A stretch of 29,982 bases of DNA, taken from assembly GCA_029856105.1 (NCBI GenBank), contig JAHQWH010000123.1, positions 1 to 29,982 on the forward strand, written 5' to 3'. Shown in pieces: positions 8,790-17,194 of this stretch. The DNA comes from Promethearchaeia archaeon (lineage in GTDB: Archaea > Asgardarchaeota > Lokiarchaeia > Sigyniarchaeales > SOKP01). The notes under the pieces are model-generated. The model worked only from the letters and a program-made list of their open reading frames with translations. It searched no databases and had not been told where the DNA came from. The stretch's first letter is position 1. Each line of letters starts with the position of its first letter. A program made the translations under genes and the position numbers.

Positions 8790-8948
8790 TTAAACTGAAA
8801 ACCCGTTTATTCTTTTAGGGAAAAAATCTGGTTCCTTAAACTTAAATCCACACATTGGGCAAATAATCTCCTTTTTTTTTGCGAAGGAATCGGGGTTTCT
8901 AAAAGTATATCCACAAACTGGACATGTTATTATTAAATTTGACTCCAT
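8790..8948 (-). CDS. 52-aa CPxCG zinc-ribbon microprotein (absent from ORF track)
   Basis: Manual translation MESNLIITCPVCGYTFRNPDSFAKKKEIICPMCGFKFKEPDFFPKRINGFSV*; ATG 8948, TAA 8790; two CPxCG knuckles. Confidence 0.85.
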   Translation of the reverse strand: MESNLIITCPVCGYTFRNPDSFAKKKEIICPMCGFKFKEPDFFPKRINGFSV

Positions 8949-9009
8949 ACTTATCAATAAATTTATAACTTTAATAATATTAATTTTTGATTTTTTGTGG
9001 ATTTGAGCG

Positions 9010-10437
9010 TTAAATATGAAGTTCTACCAAAATAATAAGTAAATCGTTAACATTAATACCAGTAGGTCCCGTAATAATCTCGCTTTTTAATAGTTTAAAA
9101 AAGCTGTTGGAGTCGTTGTTTTCTAAATAACTCTTAGTTTTAATTTTTTCGTTATTTATTTGATTAAGTGAAGCATTATCGATAAGTGCGCCCATTGCTT
9201 TACTATTGCCTTCAATCCCATCTAGATTGGCTCCAATAATTAAGAAGTTGTAATCAATTTCCTTATTTTTTACATTGTCAAGAAAACCTAATAACATTTC
9301 TTGGTTTCTTCCACCAACCCCTTTTCCTTTTATCGTAACTGTCAATTCACCGGTTCCAATTAGAGCTAGTTTATGTTTACCCGGTTTTTTAGTATATTTC
9401 ATTAACTTCATTGAAATTAATTCGTGTAATTCCTTTCCAAAATCTACCGCCTCACCTACAATTTCGTTTGTAAAATAGTCGATAATAAAGTCCAAATCTT
9501 TTAAATTTGCTGATACTTCTTCAACAGCTAAATAGACGCTTCCGATTAAATAATTGTATATGTTAATAAAGCAAACATCGTGCTCGTGAGGGTTTTCTAA
9601 TCTCGGGTCGCTCAAACCTTTTTCAATTACTTTTTTTACCGAAGAGGGAACTTTATCGATTAAATTATATTTTTTTAACGCGTCATAAGCTTGGTTAAAA
9701 CTTGTCAAGTCTGGAACCGTAGGACCAGAGGCAATAGAATCCAAATTATTTCCTACTACATCCGAGATTATAAGCGTTATTAAAGTTGCTTTACTAGTAT
9801 TATGCACTTTTTTTGCTAAATTTCCGCCTTTAAAGTCCGATAGATGTTTTCGGATAATATTTATTTCGTGAATTGACGCTCCCGAGGCTAATAGTAACGA
9901 ATTGACTTTTTGTAAATCCTCGAGAGTTATACCTTGCTTAGGCAAAGGCAATAAGGCGGAACCTCCACCTGAAATTACGCAAATAATTAAATCGTTTTTG
10001 GTGGCATTTTCAACAATTTTCACCATCTCCTTCGTGCCAGTTAAACCCTTTTCGTTTGGAATAGGATGTGAAGCGCGATTTATCCTTATTTTGCTCGAAG
10101 GACTGTAGTCTCTTATTTTTTGACCTTCTGGAATGTTGATGAATCCTTCGTATTTTATCTCAGGTTGCTTTTTCAAAATTTTTTCGAGTGCTAAACTCAT
10201 TTGAGCAGAAGCCTTTCCACCTCCGATTATAAAGATATTGCTATATTTATTGAGATCGAATTTATCCTTCTGAATATTTAATTTACCATCGATAACTTTA
10301 ACGTTATTCTGGATTAATTTACTTGGCTCAACTGATTTAATCGCAATTTCCAATAGTTCAAGTCCTACTTTTCTTAAATCTAACTTAACTTTATCTAGGC
10401 TTTCGGGAGTTAATTGCGATAAATTTTTAACGAACAA
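9010..10437 (-). CDS. gck: Glycerate 2-kinase (MOFRL/GckA/TtuD family)
   Basis: GGGKAS, ASHPIP, ISGGGSAL, RKHLSDFKGG, SDVVG...IASGPT, GGRNQE, TGPTGINVND; TTG start. Confidence 0.92.
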   Translation of the reverse strand: MFVKNLSQLTPESLDKVKLDLRKVGLELLEIAIKSVEPSKLIQNNVKVIDGKLNIQKDKFDLNKYSNIFIIGGGKASAQMSLALEKILKKQPEIKYEGFINIPEGQKIRDYSPSSKIRINRASHPIPNEKGLTGTKEMVKIVENATKNDLIICVISGGGSALLPLPKQGITLEDLQKVNSLLLASGASIHEINIIRKHLSDFKGGNLAKKVHNTSKATLITLIISDVVGNNLDSIASGPTVPDLTSFNQAYDALKKYNLIDKVPSSVKKVIEKGLSDPRLENPHEHDVCFINIYNYLIGSVYLAVEEVSANLKDLDFIIDYFTNEIVGEAVDFGKELHELISMKLMKYTKKPGKHKLALIGTGELTVTIKGKGVGGRNQEMLLGFLDNVKNKEIDYNFLIIGANLDGIEGNSKAMGALIDNASLNQINNEKIKTKSYLENNDSNSFFKLLKSEIITGPTGINVNDLLIILVELHI

Positions 10438-10559
10438 CTTTAAACACTGCTATTTGAATTATTATTTATTAAATTGGACAAAATAATTTATTAAATTTAA
10501 TATTGTTTGTACAATTTATATCAATTAAATAGTATATATTATACTTTATATTAAAGAAG

Positions 10560-12056
10560 TTGATAAAAAGGATGTCGGAAACTAAATTGTATGATATAGC
10601 GGTTATTGGATCGGGACCTGGTGGTTATCATTCTGCCATTAGAGCGGCTCAATATGGTGCTAAGGTCGCCTTAATAGAGAAAAAGAGTCTTGGAGGGACT
10701 TGTTTAAATGTAGGTTGTATCCCTACTAAAGCTTTGTATGCATCTGCAGAACTTATACAAAGAATAAGAGAAAATGGAGAAGAACTTGGAGTAAGCTGCG
10801 ATATAAAGTTAGATTTTGGCAAAGCTGTAGAGCGTAAAAATAAAATTGTTTCAGAATTAACTGGCGGAATTGCTGCATTAGAAAAGGCGTGGAAGAACGA
10901 TGTTTTTATGGGACATGGAAAAATATTAGGTGGAAATGCTAACGATGGCTTTGAAATATCAATAGAAGGAGAAGAAAAGAAAACAATTAAAGCAAAAAGA
11001 GTTATAATTGCTACAGGCTCCTCTCCTGCACTGATTCCCGCGTTTAATATTGATCACGATAGAATTTTAACTAGCGACGATATTCTCTTGCCCGATTTCA
11101 GAATTGTTCCAAAAAAATTGCTCATTATTGGAGCTGGAGTGATAGGATGCGAATTTGCTAACATATTTTCTGCTTTTGGAAGTAAGGTTATCATATTAGA
11201 ATATCTTCCCTCTCCGATCGCAACTGAAGAGCCTATGATCGTGAAAGAGCTACAGAAGAAATTAAATTCTTTAGGAATCGAAATTCATGTCTCTCAAAAT
11301 GTCTTATCAGTTGATAATATTGGAACGGGCGTGAAAGCAACAACTTGCTCAGCAGCTGTTCCTAGAGACCAAGTAGAATCTGCCGAAAAGTCTTACTTTG
11401 AAGCTGATTATTGCTTAGTATCTATTGGCCGAGCAAAAGAATCGCGCAACTTAGGATTAGAAGAACTTGGAATCGAAACTGCTAGAGGATCAATAAAAGT
11501 AGATCTCAAAACTTTAGAGACTTCCGTAAAAGGAATCTATGCCATTGGTGACGTGACTGGCGGGCTCATGTTGGCTCATGTTGCTAGTCACGAAGGGGAT
11601 GTTGCCGTTGCAAACACTTTAGCTAGCTTAGGCGGGTTTTCTATTGAAGAAAGAACTACAGATTATAGGGTTGTTCCAGCAACCATTTTTACAAGCCCAA
11701 ATATTGGTTCAGTCGGCATACGTAGAAAGCAAGCTAAAGATTTGGGATACGAGTTAATGATGGGACGATTCCCGTATATGTCGCTAGGAAAAGCGAAGTG
11801 TATGGGTGAAGAAGAAGGCTTTATTTTAATTTTGGCGGATAAGCAAACACATAAAATTATTGGAGCATCTTGTATTGGAACTGAAGCACCAGAATTGATT
11901 TCAGAAATCGCTTTAGCCATGCAAAATGGTTTAACAGTTCACGATGTCGCAGAAACAATACATTCGCACCCAACCATCAGCGAGATGGTTTTAGAAGGAA
12001 TGGAAGATGTTTTTGGTTTGGCGATACACAAAAAAGGTCGACCAGTTCATCATTAA
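10560..12056 (+). CDS. lpdA: Dihydrolipoyl dehydrogenase (likely true start ATG 10572)
   Basis: GSGPGG, GGTCLNVGCIPTK redox disulfide, IGAGVIGCE, AIGD, LAHVA, HSHPTISE. Confidence 0.95.
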   Translation: MIKRMSETKLYDIAVIGSGPGGYHSAIRAAQYGAKVALIEKKSLGGTCLNVGCIPTKALYASAELIQRIRENGEELGVSCDIKLDFGKAVERKNKIVSELTGGIAALEKAWKNDVFMGHGKILGGNANDGFEISIEGEEKKTIKAKRVIIATGSSPALIPAFNIDHDRILTSDDILLPDFRIVPKKLLIIGAGVIGCEFANIFSAFGSKVIILEYLPSPIATEEPMIVKELQKKLNSLGIEIHVSQNVLSVDNIGTGVKATTCSAAVPRDQVESAEKSYFEADYCLVSIGRAKESRNLGLEELGIETARGSIKVDLKTLETSVKGIYAIGDVTGGLMLAHVASHEGDVAVANTLASLGGFSIEERTTDYRVVPATIFTSPNIGSVGIRRKQAKDLGYELMMGRFPYMSLGKAKCMGEEEGFILILADKQTHKIIGASCIGTEAPELISEIALAMQNGLTVHDVAETIHSHPTISEMVLEGMEDVFGLAIHKKGRPVHH

Positions 12057-12178
12057 ACTTATATAAACCTTATTTTCTTTCCTTTTTCATTTTCCATTAC
12101 CGAGTATATTTAGTTATTAAATAAGAATAATTAATGATGAGAATTTTTTATAATTAGAATTATTAAATATCAGAGTGA

Positions 12179-12832
12179 TTGCTAATTGGAGATATGTATA
12201 ACATCCTGGTAGCCGGGGTAGATAAACGAGAAGTTACGCTTTTACGTAACGTCTTAAAAGAGTACGGAGATAGAAGTATTTTAATTGAAAAAGCTGTTGG
12301 GTCCACCTTAGATTATGAATCAAACAAGAAACGATCGAAGATTGCATTTGTTCGTTATCTGATTGATAGTAGGATATATTCCCTCGATCAGAATTATATT
12401 ATAGAAGATCTTAATTCCTCCAAAATTCCTATAAGAGACGCACATCTAGTTTTAGGACTTGAACCTCTTGAAACCTTAAAAAATTTAAAATACATTTCAG
12501 AAAAAACTGTGGTAATTTTAAATACTCATCAAATAGATTTAAAGCAAAGCATCCAAGATTCGAAAAAGAAAATCATATATCCTTCGATCGCTCAAATTGT
12601 TGATATATTAGATCAATTGGCCAGAAAGGTATATGCGCTCGATTTCAACGAGCTCTCAACTAATTACTTTAACGCCCCAAATTACAGCACTATAATAGCA
12701 TTAGGAGCGGGAGTAAAAGAATTTCGAGATATATTTTATGAAAAGTTAATGTTAACGATTTTAAGAGAATTTCACGAAGACCCTTTAAGATATATACCCG
12801 CATTTGAATTAGGAACTAGCTTAATTGATTAA
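12179..12832 (+). CDS. Divergent IorB / 2-oxoacid:ferredoxin oxidoreductase gamma-domain-like protein (likely start ATG 12194)
   Basis: YNILVAGV N-terminus, IPIRDAHLVLGLEPLETLKNLKYI...VILNT, YPS, IIALGA, AFELG; Gly-rich GGQG loop missing. Confidence 0.7.
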   Translation: MLIGDMYNILVAGVDKREVTLLRNVLKEYGDRSILIEKAVGSTLDYESNKKRSKIAFVRYLIDSRIYSLDQNYIIEDLNSSKIPIRDAHLVLGLEPLETLKNLKYISEKTVVILNTHQIDLKQSIQDSKKKIIYPSIAQIVDILDQLARKVYALDFNELSTNYFNAPNYSTIIALGAGVKEFRDIFYEKLMLTILREFHEDPLRYIPAFELGTSLID

Positions 12833-12861
12833 CATCTCCTTATTAAATGCAATTAAAATTA

Positions 12862-14997
12862 CTAAAATTGACGTTTTAAGTACTTAACTTTAAAAGAAGC
12901 GAGTCTCCCTTTTTTAATAACGATCTCTCGAAAAGCGCTTTCTGATTTAGGGTTTTTATAGCTTCCTAAGCCCAGTGCAGGCGTTTGAACGACAAAAGGA
13001 GCGTGATTTTCAATATCTTCAGGATTATCATATTGTTCAGAATAAATATCATAATATATCATCGCAGGATTTTCTAATTTTTTTAAACTAAAAGGCGATG
13101 TGTGTGTGTCGACGATTTTAGTCTTTAAATCTTGTGGGTCGCTCAATCTAAATTCTTTTAATTCGTGCGTATGTCCTGAAAGCGTAAGAACACAGAAATC
13201 TAAACAAAATTTAAGAAGTTTCTCCCAGTTTGTTGAGATTGCGCCATATTGCACGTCAAATTTGTTATCAATTCGAGCTAAGGAAAGTTTTTTACCTGAC
13301 TTTTGAATTAAGGATTCTTTAAATTCATCGATTTTCGTTATTAATTCTTTAGTTGGTTTTGACATAGCATAACGTTTAAGTGCGCTAATTTTTTTTTTTG
13401 GATTAATTGGTGGTCCATGAAGCATAAGGAAAGTATTGTTTTCTGGTTCTAGCCTACAATTAATTATATTTTCTAAATATTTAATATGCTTTTCTGTAAT
13501 TCCAGTAACTGATGGATGACCACTGAGAAAATCCATTAATTTTTTAAAAGAATCTGAGCCAGTATTTAAGAAAATAAAATTATTATTTCCAAACTTGATA
13601 TCGTAATCTAAAGAAGAGTTAATTTCTATCAAATATGCTTTCAAAGCGCTGAAGCTCTTAGTTATTGAACTAATTGGGTTTGCCATTAACTCTTCGTTCA
13701 AAGCGATTACTTCATTTTGTAATAAACCAATTTTTCTGTATAAATTACCCCACCGAAGGTCGTAGTGAAAAGGTCGATAATCGTGGTTACCGGGAATAGT
13801 GAATATAGGACAAAGTATTTCTTCTCCAGAAACCATCCCTCTTCTTTTCTCTTGAGGAAAATTTAACAAAATCTCTTTAAATATCCGCCAATTACTGTCC
13901 TTATAGTTAAAATTTAGTTTTTTTCTTTTTTCCGTGGGTATTTTGGAGAGAACCGCAAAATCTATTAAATCTCCTGTTAATACGACAAAATCCAAATCGT
14001 TCTTATTTACTTTCTTGTTAACAAGCTTAATAAACTTTCTAAAGTTATTGTTAGGGTTTACAAATCGTTTACGAAGTGGTTCAATACTTTTACTTGGAAT
14101 TTTATCTTTTGGTTTTTTTATTAGTAAACGTTGAAAAAATGAAACTGCCTTCGCACCTTTGGCAAGAAGTTCGCCAAGGTCTGATTTTCTAACTAAAACA
14201 TTCCATTTCTTAACGATTTCGTAAATTCTATCGTTACGTTCTGCCAAGTGCAAATCTGTCGCGTGAAAGAATTTAAAATCGCTCCATTTGTTTTTTGAAA
14301 CGACGATTGAATGATAAGAAACGCGAATTTCCTTATTGGGCATTTCTTGCCAAAGATCAAACATTACAAAATTATAACTTTCTAAAAATTCCAATACTTC
14401 TTTCGATAACCTGAAATGAATTGTCGCCTTGTAAAATTCATTTAAACCCGAATAAATATTATATTTAGTTAAGTAATTTCGAGGACTATAATAACTGTCA
14501 TATTTAATGTTATCAATCTCGCAAGTTTTTACGGGTTCTACCTTTAAAAGAGTCGCTTTTATTAAATCCCCTCTAAATGCTCGCGGTCTTAATGTTTCGA
14601 TTTTTTCGGCTTGCACAATATCAAACTTTTTTCCCGTAGAATCTGTAAGCTCCAAAACGGGAGGTAGTTCTTCTTCCTTCTTTTTTTTTTTCCGAGAAAA
14701 TATGCTTTTAATTTTGTCCCAAATACTTCTTTTCTTTTTTCTTTCCAATCGGTCTTCTTTCTCTTTTTCGAAATATGTTTTCAATTTCCACTTGTATTCA
14801 AGAATGGGGATAAAGTTTAACGCATGCTTAATGAACCTCTCGAAATTATCGGTATCTTTTATATTGCTTACAAATAATAAGTTAACTTCAAATTCTTTTT
14901 GCTTGAATTTACTATCTATATCTAAAAACAGAGGGTGTCCCAAATTTGGGCTTATCAATAACGCTTTTTCAGGTTTAATGCTCTCAGCTTCAATCAA
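12862..14997 (-). CDS. Large calcineurin-like metallophosphoesterase
   Basis: TDLHL, TGDLID, PGNHD, LHGPP, SGHTH motifs in order; TTG start. Confidence 0.88.
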   Translation of the reverse strand: MIEAESIKPEKALLISPNLGHPLFLDIDSKFKQKEFEVNLLFVSNIKDTDNFERFIKHALNFIPILEYKWKLKTYFEKEKEDRLERKKKRSIWDKIKSIFSRKKKKKEEELPPVLELTDSTGKKFDIVQAEKIETLRPRAFRGDLIKATLLKVEPVKTCEIDNIKYDSYYSPRNYLTKYNIYSGLNEFYKATIHFRLSKEVLEFLESYNFVMFDLWQEMPNKEIRVSYHSIVVSKNKWSDFKFFHATDLHLAERNDRIYEIVKKWNVLVRKSDLGELLAKGAKAVSFFQRLLIKKPKDKIPSKSIEPLRKRFVNPNNNFRKFIKLVNKKVNKNDLDFVVLTGDLIDFAVLSKIPTEKRKKLNFNYKDSNWRIFKEILLNFPQEKRRGMVSGEEILCPIFTIPGNHDYRPFHYDLRWGNLYRKIGLLQNEVIALNEELMANPISSITKSFSALKAYLIEINSSLDYDIKFGNNNFIFLNTGSDSFKKLMDFLSGHPSVTGITEKHIKYLENIINCRLEPENNTFLMLHGPPINPKKKISALKRYAMSKPTKELITKIDEFKESLIQKSGKKLSLARIDNKFDVQYGAISTNWEKLLKFCLDFCVLTLSGHTHELKEFRLSDPQDLKTKIVDTHTSPFSLKKLENPAMIYYDIYSEQYDNPEDIENHAPFVVQTPALGLGSYKNPKSESAFREIVIKKGRLASFKVKYLKRQF

Positions 14998-15100
14998 TTT
15001 TTAAAGATCTCTCGTAAAATTGCTTTTTAGTTTAAAAATCAAATTTCAATTCCTATCTATTTATTAAAGAATTGCGATCTAATAAGTTTTTATCACTTTC

Positions 15101-16428
15101 CCAAAAGAAAACACATCCCTTTAGGGTTGTGATGAATTTTGCCTTAATCAGTAAAAATTACACCCCTATTTCTTTAAATACGAAATATTCCATGTTATAA
15201 TTAATGCAACTCGTTCAACAAGTTCAATTCAAGCGATCAAATCTCTTGGATGAGATAACTTTTCTTTCAAAAAACTTGTTTAATGTAGCGACATATACCG
15301 TGCGACAACGATTTTTCAAGGATCGTCATTGGATTCGATATAACGAGTTGTGGAAATTGCTAAAAACTCACGAATCGTATAGAAAACTACAAGAATCGTG
15401 CGGATCTCATCCGCCACAGCAAGTCCTTAAACAAGTAGATAGAAATTTCAAGAGTTTCTTTAAAGCAATCAAGGTTTGGAAAAGCGAACAGTCTAAATTT
15501 AGGGGAATGCCAAAACTTCCTCGTTACAAGCGTAAGAACGGTCATAATGTAGTCTATTTCACTTCTTTACAATGTAGGCTAAAGAATGGACACGTATTAC
15601 TCACGCAAAAGATGGAAAACTTAGGTTTTCCTATAATAAAAACCGCGTTAAAAAGCGTGAAAGGCGTTCGCATCGTTCCTTTCGGAGATCGATACAATAT
15701 TGAATTAATCTACGATTACGAGCCAAAAAACTTGCACTTGAACGAGAATAACACGTTAGGAATCGATCTAGGACTTAACAATATCGTAACTGTGTCAGAT
15801 AACATTGGAAACAAGCCATTGATTATCAAGGGCGGTGTTGTAAAGTCAATCAATCAATTCTACAACAAGCAACTGTCAAAATACAAGTCCATGGCGAAAA
15901 AGTGCAACGACACGGATGTCACGGGACGTATCTTGAAGTTTCATCGAAAGCGAAACAATAAAATGAGGGATTTCTTTCACAAGACTTCCCGAAAAGTAGT
16001 CAATCACTGCATCTCTAACGATATCGGGACCATTGTTATCGGATATAACGAGAGTTGGAAGCAGAAAATCACGATAGGGAAATGAAACAACCAGAACTTT
16101 GTTTCCGTGCCTTTTTTAAAACTTGTTCAACAAATTGAATATAAATCTGAGATGGTCGGAATTCAAGTAATTAGAACCGGCGAAGAGTACACTTCGCAAA
16201 CGTGCTCTTCGTGTGGAGTCGTAAGCAAGTCAAATCGCAAGTATCGTGGACTATACGTTTGTAAAGATTGCGGAGTTGTTCTAAACGCTGATGTGAACGC
16301 TTCAAGAAACATTCTACAAAAAGGAGTCCCTAAATCCAAGTGGATAGGGGATAGAGGATGCTTGAACCATCCGGTAGTGTTGAAAGTCTAACCTACGAAT
16401 CCATAACCTTTAGGCTATGGTTGTTCAA
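15101..16428 (+). mobile_element. IS200/IS605-family (IS1341-like, tnpB-only) element
   Basis: Left hairpin CAAAAgaaaaCACATCCCTttAGGGTTGTGatgaaTTTTG (15102-15141); right hairpin CCATAACCTttAGGCTATGG (16401-16420) preceded by GAAT and followed by TTCAA end (16428); no tnpA; left boundary uncertain by a few nt. Confidence 0.85.
15204..16391 (+). pseudogene. tnpB: TnpB RNA-guided nuclease with one in-frame TGA (16083-16085)
   Basis: ORFs 15204-16085 and 16107-16391 are in the same frame: IGK*NNQNFVSVPF; RuvC-I GIDLG, EEYTSQTCSSCG, CKDCG, NADVNASRNI. Confidence 0.9.
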
Positions 16429-16478
16429 TTGATCTAAATGAGATTTCCAAGAACGAGAGGATTAGTTTTAGAGAGTTT

Positions 16479-16763
16479 TTAACTTTCTGGGTTAGCGAGA
16501 TTGACGAATATTACATTATCACCACGTACAACAATGTCTCCAAGCGTTTCGTGCTCCTCGTGAACAGAACCATCCTCATCCATGTATTCAAAAAGCTGAG
16601 TTGTTCCTTCTAGATACAAGTTAAGATGTTCGTCAAATCCCGCCAATTTACCTCGAAATAAACGATTCCTCTTAACTTTAATTAATATGATCTTATTCAC
16701 AGACTCCTTTAAATAATCAATAGGTCTGTTTGGTCTATTTTGTTGGTAACTTCTTCTTTCCAT
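16479..16763 (-). CDS. Sm-like (Lsm/SmAP) RNA-binding protein
   Basis: RPIDYL...FRGKLAGFDEHLNLYL (Sm1) and LGDIVVRGDNVIFV (Sm2). Confidence 0.95.
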   Translation of the reverse strand: MERRSYQQNRPNRPIDYLKESVNKIILIKVKRNRLFRGKLAGFDEHLNLYLEGTTQLFEYMDEDGSVHEEHETLGDIVVRGDNVIFVNLANPES

Positions 16764-16940
16764 TTTATAACACTAAAAATAATATTTCAAAAAAATCTAT
16801 ACTAATAATAATTTAAATTAAAGTTCAGAATTAAAACCTTTTGATTTATTTATTCAATAGTACCTATAAATATCCAACTATATTCTCTAATTTTTTATTT
16901 TATTATGATTTTTATATTATAAGGATCATTTTTTTAATTT

Positions 16941-17045
16941 AGGCTCGTGGCCCAGTCTGGATAAGTTTTCGAAAGAAATCTTTTCGGAAGAGTAAGCAGC
17001 GCCCTCCTAAGGCGAAGATTGAGGGTTCAAATCCCTCCGAGCCTG
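16941..17045 (+). tRNA. tRNA-Arg(CCT) with ~30-nt intron-like insertion in the D arm
   Basis: Acceptor AGGCTCG/CGAGCCT plus G discriminator; anticodon arm GCGCC-CTCCTAA-GGCGA (CCT 17006-17008); T arm GAGGG-TTCAAAT-CCCTC; extra sequence ~16966-16995; CCA not encoded. Confidence 0.9.
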
Positions 17046-17194
17046 TTAAATGTCTTTTTTTAACATTTATTATGGCTAGTTGTGACATTTCAGCAAAACA
17101 AAGTCTTACCAAAATTTTTACCGAAGGGTCTGAAAAAACATAACGTAAATTTATATAATTATTATTCACAATTATAAATTGCCTAAAAATTAAG

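Noticed and set aside
16083-16085. Selenocysteine readthrough of the TGA in tnpB
   Set aside because: The position is not a Cys-equivalent or redox site, and the downstream hairpin is explained as the IS right end rather than a SECIS
16429-16478. rpl37e, often found downstream of archaeal Lsm
   Set aside because: No L37e-like ORF is visible on either side of the IS insertion
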